A DNA stretch of 64,000 bases, from contig CBDCJH010000002.1 of assembly GCA_965217775.1 (NCBI GenBank), forward strand, positions 6,208,001-6,272,000. Reading direction: 5' to 3'. Positions within the stretch are counted from its first letter, which is position 1; the number at the start of each line of letters is the position of its first letter. The notes beneath the pieces are model-generated. The model saw only the letters and a list, made by a program, of their open reading frames with translations. It searched no databases and was not told the origin of the DNA. This DNA comes from Acidobacteriota bacterium. GTDB taxonomy: Bacteria > Acidobacteriota > UBA6911 > RPQK01 > JAJDTT01. Below are positions 9,086 through 18,617 of this stretch, piece after piece. Both the position numbers and the translations under genes were made by a program.

Positions 9086-9214
9086 TTCCTTCCGAGGCCT
9101 ATTGTAAGCGGTGGGTGTCTCCCGGTGTCGAGTCCCGCCGCGGATTTCGAACGGATTTGTCTTCCGGCAGATGGAGCAGAGAGCGGGACGAATGCCGGAA
9201 CCCGACTTCCACCG

Positions 9215-9772
9215 TCAGATCCCAGGTGTTCGCGATGCCTGCGCCAAGATCCGATCCAGAAGCCGGAGGATCTCGCCGTGCAGAACCGATCGGTTCTTTT
9301 GCGTCACCTTGATGAGGAGTGCGTCCTCCCGGTCCCGAATGCGTTTCAGGACGCCGGCGCCGCGCAGCGAGATGGTCCCCAGAACCGGACAGGGTGAATC
9401 CAGGAGCTCGAGTATCGTCTCTCGCAAGGGCCGGGAGAGGAACTCCATCTTGGCGATCTCGTCGACCACCATGAGGTCCGTCCGCTTCCGCTTCCAGTCC
9501 AGATGAGGCAGGACCAGGTTCTCCAGCATCCAGGGGTGGACGCCGTAGGGTCCCAGCCGATATCGGGAGGTGGTCTGGTAGTCCCGGTGCGCAAACACTC
9601 CTGAAGTCCCGTTCAGGGCCACCGCCCGGAAACCCATGCGGCGGCCCCGGGTGCGGATCTCCTCCGTGTAGAAGCCACTCAGGGCCAAATGGCCGAGACG
9701 CTCGACAGTCCGTTGGACCAGGGTGGTCTTCCCGATTCCCGGATGTCCCGTGAGCAGCAGGTTCGTGGTCAT
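9215..9772 (-). CDS. THEP1/NTPase_1 family nucleoside triphosphatase
   Basis: LLLTGHPGIGKTT Walker A, GFYTEEIR, MVVDEIAKME Walker B; ATGA overlap with the upstream gene. Confidence 0.88.
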   Translation of the reverse strand: MTTNLLLTGHPGIGKTTLVQRTVERLGHLALSGFYTEEIRTRGRRMGFRAVALNGTSGVFAHRDYQTTSRYRLGPYGVHPWMLENLVLPHLDWKRKRTDLMVVDEIAKMEFLSRPLRETILELLDSPCPVLGTISLRGAGVLKRIRDREDALLIKVTQKNRSVLHGEILRLLDRILAQASRTPGI

Positions 9773-10785
9773 TGGCGGCGCCCCAGATGGCGGTTCAGGT
9801 AACGGCAGATGTGCCAGGCGTCCATGCAGATGAAGGGGAATCGGGCCGTCGTGTAATGGCCGCAAGGCAGCACGACCCGATCGTACGGGATTCGATGCTC
9901 CCGGTATTGCAGAAAGACCTGTTGCGAGAGTTCCGGGATGAAGGTCAGATCGTAGCGGGCGGTGATCAGGAGATGGGGCCGCTGGGAGTTCCGGAGCCGG
10001 GGAATGAAGTACCAGGGACTGATCGGCGCCCAGCACTGCTCCAGGTCGTCCCGAGCGATGTAGCCTTCCAGCCCCCAGCGGACGTATCGCGTTGCCAGGC
10101 CGGTCCAGACCACCTGGGCGAAGGAGGAGGAGACGTGGTTGAACACGCCGGTCTGGATGAGTGGGTCGTGGACGAAGGCCAGGAACGTGACGCAGGAGCC
10201 GATGCTGGTTCCCAAGACGCCCACGTGCTCGTAGCCCTCGTCCCGGAGCCAGCGAGCGACTTGGAGCACTTCCAGCACGGCTTGGCGCGTGGCCTGAAGG
10301 GTCCTGCCGATGTTGGGGCTCACCATGTGTTCGGCCCGCACTTCCCCCGGAGGCATCCGCCGTTCGTGGTAGGGGAGAGACAGGCGCACCGCCGTGATGC
10401 CCAGGTGTGTCAACAGCCGGCAGAGCCCCACGTGGCTGGTGGCGGCCGCATTCCACTGGGGAACCACGATGACGGCCCGGCGCCGATCCGGACCCGGGAA
10501 GATCCGGGCATGGACCGTGTTGTTGACGGGGTAGGCGCTCTCGACCGGGGTCTCGAAAGTGAGACGGTCGCCGCACCGCCGGAGGTTCCGCGGGGGCGTG
10601 CTCGCGTAGAATCGACGGTCCGCCAGGGCCGACCGTGCGTACTTCTTCACCTGGGAGAGGGGATCGCCGTCACCCGCGTCGCCGAGACACTCGACGCCCC
10701 AGTTGAAGGGCAGGATCCGGCGGCTCGTATCGCGCAGTGTCAGGATCCGTTCCCGGCGCTCGATCCAGCGGCCGTAAGTGTTCAT
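9769..10785 (-). CDS. Alpha/beta hydrolase (DUF2048/ABHD18-like)
   Basis: GTSIG nucleophile elbow, ARYD acid, PCGH histidine; ATG 10785 overlaps the upstream TGA. Confidence 0.8.
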   Translation of the reverse strand: MNTYGRWIERRERILTLRDTSRRILPFNWGVECLGDAGDGDPLSQVKKYARSALADRRFYASTPPRNLRRCGDRLTFETPVESAYPVNNTVHARIFPGPDRRRAVIVVPQWNAAATSHVGLCRLLTHLGITAVRLSLPYHERRMPPGEVRAEHMVSPNIGRTLQATRQAVLEVLQVARWLRDEGYEHVGVLGTSIGSCVTFLAFVHDPLIQTGVFNHVSSSFAQVVWTGLATRYVRWGLEGYIARDDLEQCWAPISPWYFIPRLRNSQRPHLLITARYDLTFIPELSQQVFLQYREHRIPYDRVVLPCGHYTTARFPFICMDAWHICRYLNRHLGRRQ

Positions 10786-11876
10786 TCGGGCGGCCGATCG
10801 GTCGCGCTCTGTCCGAACTCGAGCTGGAAGAGTTCCAGGAACGACAGTCCCAGAGCCACCAGGATGGGGCCGAAGATGAGGCCCGGCAAACCCAGGTAGG
10901 AAACCCCTCCCATCAGGGAGAAGAAGACCAGGAGACTGTGCATCTTGACTCGGCCCTCGATGAAGAAGGGCCGGACCACGTTGTCGAGGAGCCCGACCAG
11001 AAGGAAGAGCCCGATGAACACGAAGCCGCTCGCACCCGAGACGGTGCTCAGGAGATAAATCGCCCAGGGAATCCAGACCAGCGCGGTACCCACGATGGGA
11101 ACCAGGGAGAAGAAGGCCGTGAGCGTGCCCCAGAATATTGCCTGGTCGATGCCCACGATCCAGAAGACCAGGCCTCCGGCAATTCCTTGAACCACCGCCG
11201 TGACCAGGCTCCCCACGACCGTGGCCGAGGCGACTTGGCGAAACGTGGTCATGATCTGACGCTGGTACTCGTTCGAAAGGGGTGAGAGGTGCCTGTAATC
11301 TCGAGTCAGGCGCGCACTGTCCCGAAAGAGGAAGAACATGGTGATCAGCATGATCACGAAACTGGTGACGAAACTGAGAAGTCCGGTCACCAGTTCGGAA
11401 CTGTGTTCCAACAGGAACAGGCTGATTTTTTCCAGCAGCGTGGCCAACCCTTCCCCCAGGTTGAAATGGTCCAAACCGACCTGGTCCAAGTCGACGTACC
11501 GTTCCACGAATTGCCGCATTCGATCCGGAATCAGGTCGTCGCCCAGTTGCCAGAAGGGGCCGTCCCACTCCTGCTGGTCCAGAGCAGACTGGAACTTGTC
11601 GTAGATCTCCTTTGCCTGGGTCGTCACCTGGGTAAGAATCAGGGCGAAGGGCAGGAGGATAAGAGCCGTCATCCCCAGGCAGGTGACCAGCGCCGCCAAT
11701 CCACTGTGGCCCTTCAGCCTTCCGCGGATCCAGTCGAAGGCGGGATAGCAAAGGCTCACCAGCACGGCGGCCAGCGCGACCGGCAGCAGAAACGGCCGGA
11801 AAATCTGCACTACGTAGTAGAAGACGGGCAGGGAGAAGATCAGCAGAAACAGACGCGCGTAGCGACCCCGGTACAT
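10782..11876 (-). CDS. AI-2E (UPF0118) family transporter
   Basis: Multi-TM protein with FSLVPIVGTALVWIP, DNVVRP and GLIFGP motifs; start may extend to 11927. Confidence 0.88.
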   Translation of the reverse strand: MYRGRYARLFLLIFSLPVFYYVVQIFRPFLLPVALAAVLVSLCYPAFDWIRGRLKGHSGLAALVTCLGMTALILLPFALILTQVTTQAKEIYDKFQSALDQQEWDGPFWQLGDDLIPDRMRQFVERYVDLDQVGLDHFNLGEGLATLLEKISLFLLEHSSELVTGLLSFVTSFVIMLITMFFLFRDSARLTRDYRHLSPLSNEYQRQIMTTFRQVASATVVGSLVTAVVQGIAGGLVFWIVGIDQAIFWGTLTAFFSLVPIVGTALVWIPWAIYLLSTVSGASGFVFIGLFLLVGLLDNVVRPFFIEGRVKMHSLLVFFSLMGGVSYLGLPGLIFGPILVALGLSFLELFQLEFGQSATDRPPE

Positions 11877-12077
11877 CAGTCCGAATGATACACTGAAAGC
11901 GGCTTCCGCAGTCCGCAGTGAAATCACCTGGACGCATCAAAATCGGAAATCATCAAGACATGGCGGCGTCTGTGCTCGTGTTGGGGCGATTCTTCTCGCC
12001 GACCATCTTGGCCGCCGGTCGAAATACGGCGCGGGTCGAGTGATGTGACGGCTATTGCGAAGGACCGGTAAATCGCC

Positions 12078-13040
12078 ATGGACCCCTGTCCCATCTGCCG
12101 AGCCCCCGACTGGGAGCATTTCTGCGCCGTTCCGGACCGGCTCCGAAAAATCGTGGACCAGAGTTGGGAGATCGTCCGTTGCCGCTCCTGCGGTCTCGGC
12201 CGAACCGAACCCTCACCCGGCGAGAAGAATCTCATGGCGTATTACCCTCCCGGATACTGGGGGGATGTGGTCAAGACCCTGAATCGGTTTCAATCCGGGC
12301 AACTGGTGTCAGCCCGCTCCTGGCGTCAGGAGGCCGAGAAGGTCCGGTTGCTGGAACGCTACTTGCGGGAAGGATCCCTCCTGGACGTGGGTTGCGGGGA
12401 CGGCAAGTTTCTTTGGGGTCTGGACGGCGGCCGCTGGCGGCGGACCGGGCTCGAGCCTTCCCGGCGAGTCGTTGAGTTGGTCCGGGAGCGGATTCCGGAC
12501 ATCGATTTCGTGATCGGGGACCTTTTCTCGAGTCGACTGCAAACGGGTACCTTCGATGCGATCACGTTCTGGCATGTGCTGGAGCACCTTCCGGACCCGA
12601 GGCGGGTGATGCGCCGGGTCCGGGATCTGCTGCGGCCGGAGGGCTGGCTCATCATCTCCCTGCCCAACCTGGACAGCTTGCAGGCCCGGATCTTTCGCCG
12701 GCACTGGTATGCATTCGATGACGTGCCCCGCCACCTGTTTCACTATTCTCCGCGCTCCCTGGCTCTGCTTCTGGAACAGGAGGATTTCGAGGTTCGGGAT
12801 CAACTCGGTTTTTCCAGGATCATCGGCTTTCACTGCCTCAAGCACAGCCTGGTCAACTGGTCGGAAAGCCTCTTCGGTTCCCGGGCTCCCTACTATTCGC
12901 TCAAGCCCATCCTGCCCCTGTGCGCACTGCTGGAACGAGTGGCACGTCGCTCCGGCATCATTACCCTGGTCGCCCGGAAACCTAGCCGGCAACGGCCGGA
13001 GCCTGAAGTGAAACAGAGGCCCAACCGGTACGTACTGTAG
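12078..13040 (+). CDS. Class I SAM-dependent methyltransferase with N-terminal Zn ribbon
   Basis: CPIC...CRSC, LLDVGCGDG, FWHVLEHLPDP, VPRHL. Confidence 0.88.
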   Translation: MDPCPICRAPDWEHFCAVPDRLRKIVDQSWEIVRCRSCGLGRTEPSPGEKNLMAYYPPGYWGDVVKTLNRFQSGQLVSARSWRQEAEKVRLLERYLREGSLLDVGCGDGKFLWGLDGGRWRRTGLEPSRRVVELVRERIPDIDFVIGDLFSSRLQTGTFDAITFWHVLEHLPDPRRVMRRVRDLLRPEGWLIISLPNLDSLQARIFRRHWYAFDDVPRHLFHYSPRSLALLLEQEDFEVRDQLGFSRIIGFHCLKHSLVNWSESLFGSRAPYYSLKPILPLCALLERVARRSGIITLVARKPSRQRPEPEVKQRPNRYVL

Positions 13041-13048
13041 GTGGGAGG

Positions 13049-13645
13049 ATGGAGAAGACCGATGCCGAGTTGGTCGTCGCGAGCCTCGAGGGTGCGCCGT
13101 ATGCTTTCGAGCAGATCGTCCAGCGCTACCAGCGGCTGGTCTTCAACATCATTTACCATCACCTGGGCCGGCGGCACGAAGTGGAAGACGTGGCTCAGGA
13201 AGTCTTCCTCAAGGTCTTCAACTCCCTCGGCCGATTCGATCGGAGCCGCCCGCTGAAGGCCTGGATCGCCAAGATCACGGTCAACCAATGCCGCGACGTA
13301 TTGAGAAAGCGACGGAGTTCCAGGGTGGAGGCATTCTCCAACTTCACCGAAAACGAGGAGCGGAGAATCCGGTCCCTTCACGACGTTTCCGCCGGTACCG
13401 CCGCCATGACGGAGACGGAATCCAGAGCCTGTCTCAAGCTCTTGGAACAGCTGGTGCGCCGTTTGTCTCACAAGGATCGAACCGCGTTCCTGCTCAGGGA
13501 GGTGGAGGGATTCGGATATGATGAGGTGTCCAAGGCCCTGGGAAGCAGCGAGGTGGCGGCCCGGATCCGGGTCAGCCGCACGCGCAAGCGGCTGCTCGCG
13601 GCTCTGTCTCAGGTTCTTTCCAGCGGAGAAACGTTGAGAACATGA
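13049..13645 (+). CDS. ECF RNA polymerase sigma factor
   Basis: Region 2 EDVAQEVFLKVF...WIAKITVN; region 4 LREVEGFGYDEVS...RIRVSR. Confidence 0.92.
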   Translation: MEKTDAELVVASLEGAPYAFEQIVQRYQRLVFNIIYHHLGRRHEVEDVAQEVFLKVFNSLGRFDRSRPLKAWIAKITVNQCRDVLRKRRSSRVEAFSNFTENEERRIRSLHDVSAGTAAMTETESRACLKLLEQLVRRLSHKDRTAFLLREVEGFGYDEVSKALGSSEVAARIRVSRTRKRLLAALSQVLSSGETLRT

Positions 13646-14064
13646 ATCGGAAACACATTCGGTTCGAAGACCTGGAGCCGACCGAGGCTCCGGATGAAGA
13701 ACATCTGAAGTCGTGCGGCCGGTGCCGCCGGGAGTTGCGCGCCTTCCGCCTCTTTCGGTTTCACTTGGAACACCTGCCCCGGGTGGAGCCTCCAGCCCAT
13801 TTTGCCCGGACCGTGGCCCGGCTGGCCGAGGAAAGGCGGGTGGTGCCGTTCGCCCTGTTCCTGGAACGTGCCGCCCGGCAGTTGGCTCCCGGCTTGATCG
13901 CACTGATGGGAGCCGTTTCCATGCTGCTCTATCAGCTTTCCCAGCCGGTTGACCTGAACTTGACTCCTTTGGAAAGCCTGCCCGAGGAGGCCTCTCTGGA
14001 ACACACCGTCGATTCCTTGAGGCTGTCGTCGGAAGGGGGTTGGATCATTGACGAATCGAACTAA
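13642..14064 (+). CDS. Putative zinc-binding anti-sigma factor
   Basis: HLKSCGRC (HxxxCxxC) plus one TM helix; ATGA-coupled to the sigma gene. Confidence 0.75.
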   Translation: MNRKHIRFEDLEPTEAPDEEHLKSCGRCRRELRAFRLFRFHLEHLPRVEPPAHFARTVARLAEERRVVPFALFLERAARQLAPGLIALMGAVSMLLYQLSQPVDLNLTPLESLPEEASLEHTVDSLRLSSEGGWIIDESN

Positions 14065-14488
14065 GGCCGTCTTCTGGATCATCTTCGTATTCCTCGCGGG
14101 CAGCTTCGTCGGGGGCGCTCTGAGTTTTGTCTTGATCCGGCCGGCCTACTTCCATGCCGGAGGCGGGCCGGATCGGCGGCCGCCGGCGCGGGAGCCGGGA
14201 CAGCCCCGCCGCAATGGGTCGCGGTTCCTCCAACGGCTGGATCAGGCTCTGGATCTGGACCCGGACCAGGAAATCCAGGTTCGCCAGATCGTGGAGACGA
14301 CTCGGAAAACGTTCCGCGAAGCGGCCGAGGAAGCCGCCCGGATGCACAGAGAGATTCGTAAACAGGCCCGGAATCAGATTCGCGCTCTCCTCAGGCCGGA
14401 GCAGGTGGAGAAATACGACGAGATGACCCGGCGGAAGGATCGAAGATTCCGCGAAGGAAAACGTCGCAGAGCCGATTCTTCCCAATAA
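14048..14488 (+). CDS. Periplasmic Spy/CpxP/heavy-metal-sensor-like helical protein
   Basis: N-terminal TM, LDLDPDQ...LLRPEQ (LTxxQ-like) repeats; third gene of the ECF operon. Confidence 0.7.
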   Translation: MTNRTKAVFWIIFVFLAGSFVGGALSFVLIRPAYFHAGGGPDRRPPAREPGQPRRNGSRFLQRLDQALDLDPDQEIQVRQIVETTRKTFREAAEEAARMHREIRKQARNQIRALLRPEQVEKYDEMTRRKDRRFREGKRRRADSSQ

Positions 14489-14631
14489 TCGGGTTACCCA
14501 ACAATCCCGCCTCGTCTTTCGAGACGGCCCCGGCATCTTCCTGTTGTAGAATGACAGCTTTCCAAGATCCGTGGCGAGAGCCGCCGCGGCATTCGGCCGG
14601 CATTGCGTCCCGTCCGGGGTCGGGCAAATTC

Positions 14632-15468
14632 GTGGGAAAAACGGAACCTCCAGTCAGACTGAATCAAGCGGATTCGACAAAATCGTTTTCCGTTCTCTTC
14701 CTCGCTGCACGACCATTACCACCAATTCCTCCTCTCTCTTTTCTCTTTCCTCTTTCTTCTTTCCTCAACAAGTGGTGCCTCACGGTGATCTTCGCCGGCT
14801 GGATCGGCCAGCCGATCCTGGCCCAGGCTTCACCCGCTTCCCATCCCAGGAAGTGGGAGTTCTCGGTCCTGGCCGGGGCGGGGTTCCTGTCCGACAGGAC
14901 CTTCGGCCCCGCGGAAACGGGGAGTGGATCTTCCTTGGTCTCGCTCGACTACAATGCGGGCTACTCACTCGGATTCGGAGTGATCGAAAACCTGGGGGAG
15001 AGGTTCGGCGCCGAGATGCGCTACGGCATCGGCAGCCTTCCGATCGCCGCCGGTAGCTTGACGGCGGAACCGTCGACGCCGGAGCAGGCCCATAATGTTC
15101 ATGGGCTCATCTACAGCCTTCTGGTCTATCCTCAGGGCTGGAAGGGGGGCAGACTCGTTCCGTATGCATTGGCGGGACTCGGAGCGTCGCTGTTTCAGCC
15201 GTCCGGCGATACCGATGTGGCCTCCCGGGGCTTGATCCTCAAGAACCGCTGGAAGTTGGCCGGCGAGATGGGCGCTGGCGTCAAACTCCATCTGGATCGA
15301 CCGTGGGGCCTCCGGTTCGAGGTTCGGGATCGGATCTCGGGAGTTCCCGGCTACGGTCTTCCCCGGACGCCCTCCCCGGAGGAGGGTGCCGGTTTGGCAC
15401 TTCCGGCAAGCGGCCGACTGCACCACTGGCAGTTCCACGTCGGCCTCACCTACAATTTCGCCCCCTGA
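14632..15468 (+). CDS. Outer-membrane beta-barrel (OmpA/OmpW-like) protein; start uncertain
   Basis: Alternating beta strands, PYALAGLG, GLRFEVRD, terminal GLTYNF; track ATG 14551 overlaps a TAGAAT box so the true start is probably later. Confidence 0.7.
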   Translation: MGKTEPPVRLNQADSTKSFSVLFLAARPLPPIPPLSFLFPLSSFLNKWCLTVIFAGWIGQPILAQASPASHPRKWEFSVLAGAGFLSDRTFGPAETGSGSSLVSLDYNAGYSLGFGVIENLGERFGAEMRYGIGSLPIAAGSLTAEPSTPEQAHNVHGLIYSLLVYPQGWKGGRLVPYALAGLGASLFQPSGDTDVASRGLILKNRWKLAGEMGAGVKLHLDRPWGLRFEVRDRISGVPGYGLPRTPSPEEGAGLALPASGRLHHWQFHVGLTYNFAP

Positions 15469-15589
15469 TCGTCTCCTCGCCAGATTCAAACCTCGAGTGG
15501 GGCCGGGAGACCGGCGGGGTGACCCCGGGCAGCGCCCCTCTCACTCCTCACCTCGTTTGGCCCCGTCTTGCGCCGGTTTGGATCGAAGA

Positions 15590-15614
15590 GGACGCCCACA
15601 AGGGGCGCCCCTAC
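15590..15614 (-). repeat. GTAG-type REP element
   Basis: Minus strand GTAGGGGCGCCCCTTGTGGGCGTCC: GTAG followed by an imperfect palindrome, between convergent genes. Confidence 0.6.
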
Positions 15615-15619
15615 CGGCT

Positions 15620-16405
15620 TCAGTGGGTCATGGCGTAAACGATGTAGTTGATCCCCAACTGGAAGGCCAGGTTGGCGTATTTCCGGGGGTACTCCTCCAC
15701 TTCGGCCCACTCCCAGGCATCTCCGAGATCCACGTTGTAGTTGATCATCACCATGAGGCGTCCCCGCTCGTCCATGACCCCCATGTAACGCGCATCGTAT
15801 CCGCCCTTCTCCCAGGTTTTTCCGTAGAACAGGTACTGGATTCCCGGGATCTGGATCAACTCGTCGATATCGTAATAGCAGTGGAAGACCGGATGAGACA
15901 GGGGGAGGTCGATCGGCTCATATTCGGGGAATACCTTCTTGATCTGCTGGTAGAAATTGTTCCACTCCCAGGGGCCATGGAAGTCGTCCACCACCAGAAA
16001 TCCGCCCCGCAGAAGATACTCCCTCAGCTTCGACGCCTCCTGGTCGGAGAGATGCATCCTTCCGACTTCCACCGCGTAGAGGAACGGGTAGTCGAACACC
16101 TCGGCATCCAGAATGGAGAGGGCCTTGTTGCCGGAAGAGACGAAGGTGAAGTCGCTCAGTTTCTCCAGGCCGTACAGGAACTGGAGATCGGCTTTCGGAT
16201 AGTCGGTTTGCCAGCTCCGGCTCCACCCGTGACGCGCCCAGCCAGGACCCGAGTAGACCAGCCGGAGAAAGGTGAACTCCGAGTCATGACCGCCTTCAGT
16301 CTTGGGACGATGGTGGTCACCACCGGCAGCCAGGGCCAACCAGGTCAGCGGCGCCGCGGTCAGCAGCCAGATCTTTCCGAATGTCGGTTTCCTGAACACG
16401 ACCAA
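15620..16405 (-). CDS. DUF4159 domain protein
   Basis: FTFLRLVY, WQTDYPKAD, YPFLYAVEVG, LRGGFLVVDDFHG, GINYIVYAMTH. Confidence 0.88.
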   Translation of the reverse strand: MVVFRKPTFGKIWLLTAAPLTWLALAAGGDHHRPKTEGGHDSEFTFLRLVYSGPGWARHGWSRSWQTDYPKADLQFLYGLEKLSDFTFVSSGNKALSILDAEVFDYPFLYAVEVGRMHLSDQEASKLREYLLRGGFLVVDDFHGPWEWNNFYQQIKKVFPEYEPIDLPLSHPVFHCYYDIDELIQIPGIQYLFYGKTWEKGGYDARYMGVMDERGRLMVMINYNVDLGDAWEWAEVEEYPRKYANLAFQLGINYIVYAMTH

Positions 16406-16750
16406 TGACCTCGTTGCAGGAAAACGCGAGGTTTCACATGAGATGCGGATTCACTGTAAGGGACCCGAGGTTCCCAGACAACTCGAAGGATATGCGAGGA
16501 AGCGAGGGTGGCGGCACTCCACGGCTTCGTCCGACGGGTGGACGGTCCCCTCTCCCGGTCCCGTATCCAACACGGATTCCGTGCGCTTCGGGCGGGATCG
16601 AGACCTCCAACCGTCGCCCGATGCCTGTTCCCGGACTCCACTTTCCTCGTCTTCCCTTCCACCCTCGTGTATAATTTTCCCGGTTGCAATAGTCGGCCGA
16701 ATATCTTTTCATTCCCTTTAATTTGGGGCGTTCATGGACGAGGACAGGTG

Positions 16751-18055
16751 ATGCAGTGGATCACGCCGATCGGCCGTAGCGGTCGAGGGAATGATGGGGT
16801 GACGGTGGTCTTCGCCAAGGGCAAGCTGGCGATTCTTCTGCTTTCGGCGCTGGTGGTCGTCTACGGGCTCGTGGGCGGGTCCATGGACCGGGTTGTGGCC
16901 AGAGACGCGTCCTACCAGGAACTCTCCCTCTTCACGGCGGTCGTCAGGCGGGTCCAGGACGACTATGTCGAAAAACCGGAGATGAAGGATGCCCTGTTGG
17001 GGGCCCTCCACGGGATCGTGGAGGCGGTGGACCCGTATTCGAGCTTCGTTCCCCAGGAAAGTTACCAGGCGTATCAGGCCCGGTCCGAAGCCTCACCCGG
17101 GATCTACATTTCCAAACGTTCCGGCTATGCCTACGTGGTTTCGGTGGTGCAAGGCAGCCCTGCCGAGCGCAAAGGAGTTCGAACCGGCGATTGGATCGAG
17201 TCGATCGATGCCCGGAAAACGACGCAGATGAGCCGTTGGGAGGCACAATACATGCTCCAGGGAGCACCGGGCACCGAGGTGAAGCTCAGGCTGATCCGGG
17301 CGCGCCGACCGCCCACCGAGGTCCGGTTGGTGCGGGAGGCTCCCGTCCCCGAGAAGTTCAAAGCGGAGATCGTGGAGACGGGGCTGGGATGGCTCCGGAT
17401 CCCGAGTCTTAAGACCGGCAGCGCCAAACAGGTGCGAAAGGGGTTTCGGATGCTGCGGTCCGCTGATGTGAAGGGAATCCTGTTGGATGTTCGAGGCGTG
17501 GCCGAGGGGGAGGTGTCGGAGGCTGTCGAGGTCGCGGGGCTCTTGCTTCCCAAAGGGAGCATGGTGCTCACCGTCAAGGATCGCCAGGATGGTTCCGTGG
17601 TGCACACTACGACCGCCGAGCCCTTGCTGGCCGGAGTGCCGGCGGTGGTCTTGGCCGACGGGGGAACCAGCGGGGCGGCCGAGATACTTACGGCAGCACT
17701 GAAGGACCATAAGGTGGCTACGGTGGTGGGTTTGAAGACGGACGGCAGAGGATCGGGACAGGAGCTTTTCCATCTCGGAGGCGGATCGGTGCTGTATCTC
17801 GCTACCAAGCTCTACTATCGGCCCAGCGGCAGTGCGATCCAAAAGAAGAAGCTCAAGGACTCTGGAATCTCCCCCGATGTTCGAGCTCCGGACGAGGATT
17901 TCGTCACCAATTTTTTCCTGGAAAATGTCTCGGACGACCCCGATGCGGAATTGGGTGTGGATTTTTACAAGGGATTGGAAGAAGCTGTCCGCAAAAGACA
18001 ATTTCAGCAGGGACTCGACGAACTGCGAGGCTGGCTGGCCAAGAAAGCCGCATAA
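16751..18055 (+). CDS. S41/CtpA-like PDZ protease homolog with substituted catalytic residues
   Basis: DYVE...VDPYSSF, PDZ (VVQGSPAERKGVRTGD), GISPDV; start could be GTG 16799. Confidence 0.85.
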   Translation: MQWITPIGRSGRGNDGVTVVFAKGKLAILLLSALVVVYGLVGGSMDRVVARDASYQELSLFTAVVRRVQDDYVEKPEMKDALLGALHGIVEAVDPYSSFVPQESYQAYQARSEASPGIYISKRSGYAYVVSVVQGSPAERKGVRTGDWIESIDARKTTQMSRWEAQYMLQGAPGTEVKLRLIRARRPPTEVRLVREAPVPEKFKAEIVETGLGWLRIPSLKTGSAKQVRKGFRMLRSADVKGILLDVRGVAEGEVSEAVEVAGLLLPKGSMVLTVKDRQDGSVVHTTTAEPLLAGVPAVVLADGGTSGAAEILTAALKDHKVATVVGLKTDGRGSGQELFHLGGGSVLYLATKLYYRPSGSAIQKKKLKDSGISPDVRAPDEDFVTNFFLENVSDDPDAELGVDFYKGLEEAVRKRQFQQGLDELRGWLAKKAA

Positions 18056-18109
18056 GATTCGGGCCTGAATGCACAAGATGAACACTCGGTACGATAAGGA
18101 GAAGCGGGA

Positions 18110-18382
18110 ATGAACAAGGCTGAGTTGATCGGTTCTATCGCCGGAAAGGCGAATCTCAGCAAGAGCGATGCCCGAGCAGCGGTGGAGGCCGTGGTGTCCA
18201 CCATTCAGGCGGCCATGAAGAGCGGTGACAAGGTTTCTCTCGTGGGGTTCGGCACCTTTTCGGCTCCCACCCGTCCTGCCCGTTCGGGGCGCAACCCTCG
18301 GACCGGAGAAGCGATTCAGATTCCTGCCAGAAAGATTCCAAAATTCACGCCGGGGAGGTCATTGAGGGACTCGATTCAGTAG
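18110..18382 (+). CDS. hup: DNA-binding protein HU
   Basis: MNKAELI...VSLVGFGTF...RSGRNPRTGE...PKFTPG. Confidence 0.95.
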   Translation: MNKAELIGSIAGKANLSKSDARAAVEAVVSTIQAAMKSGDKVSLVGFGTFSAPTRPARSGRNPRTGEAIQIPARKIPKFTPGRSLRDSIQ

Positions 18383-18478
18383 GGGTCGAGTCCACATATG
18401 AGTCCAGGGTAAGGGTCGACGCGCCGTCGGGCACTGGCCCCGGTGTGACTCCGAATTCGTGTGCTATGATCCCGGTGT

Positions 18479-18553
18479 AGGTGCGTAGCTCAGGGGGAGA
18501 GCACTTCCTTGACGCGGAAGGGGTCAGCGGTTCAAATCCGCTCGCACCTACCA
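18479..18553 (+). tRNA. tRNA-Val(GAC)
   Basis: AGGTGCGTAGCTCAGGGGGAGAGCA-CTTCCTT-GAC-GCGGAAG...GGTTCAAATCC...GCACCTACCA; extended -10 TGcTATGAT at 18462-18470. Confidence 0.97.
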
Positions 18554-18617
18554 TTTTTTTACCTGGTGGTTCCGGTTCGTAACCCGGAGTGCGATCGAAA
18601 TGGCCGGACAGAGAATC

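Noticed and set aside
9215-11940. Long ORFs 9769-11940 (723 aa) and 9215-10576 (453 aa) as fusions or frameshift products
   Set aside because: The extensions are stop-poor shifted frames of GC3-rich upstream genes; clean ATGA-coupled starts exist at 10785 and 9772
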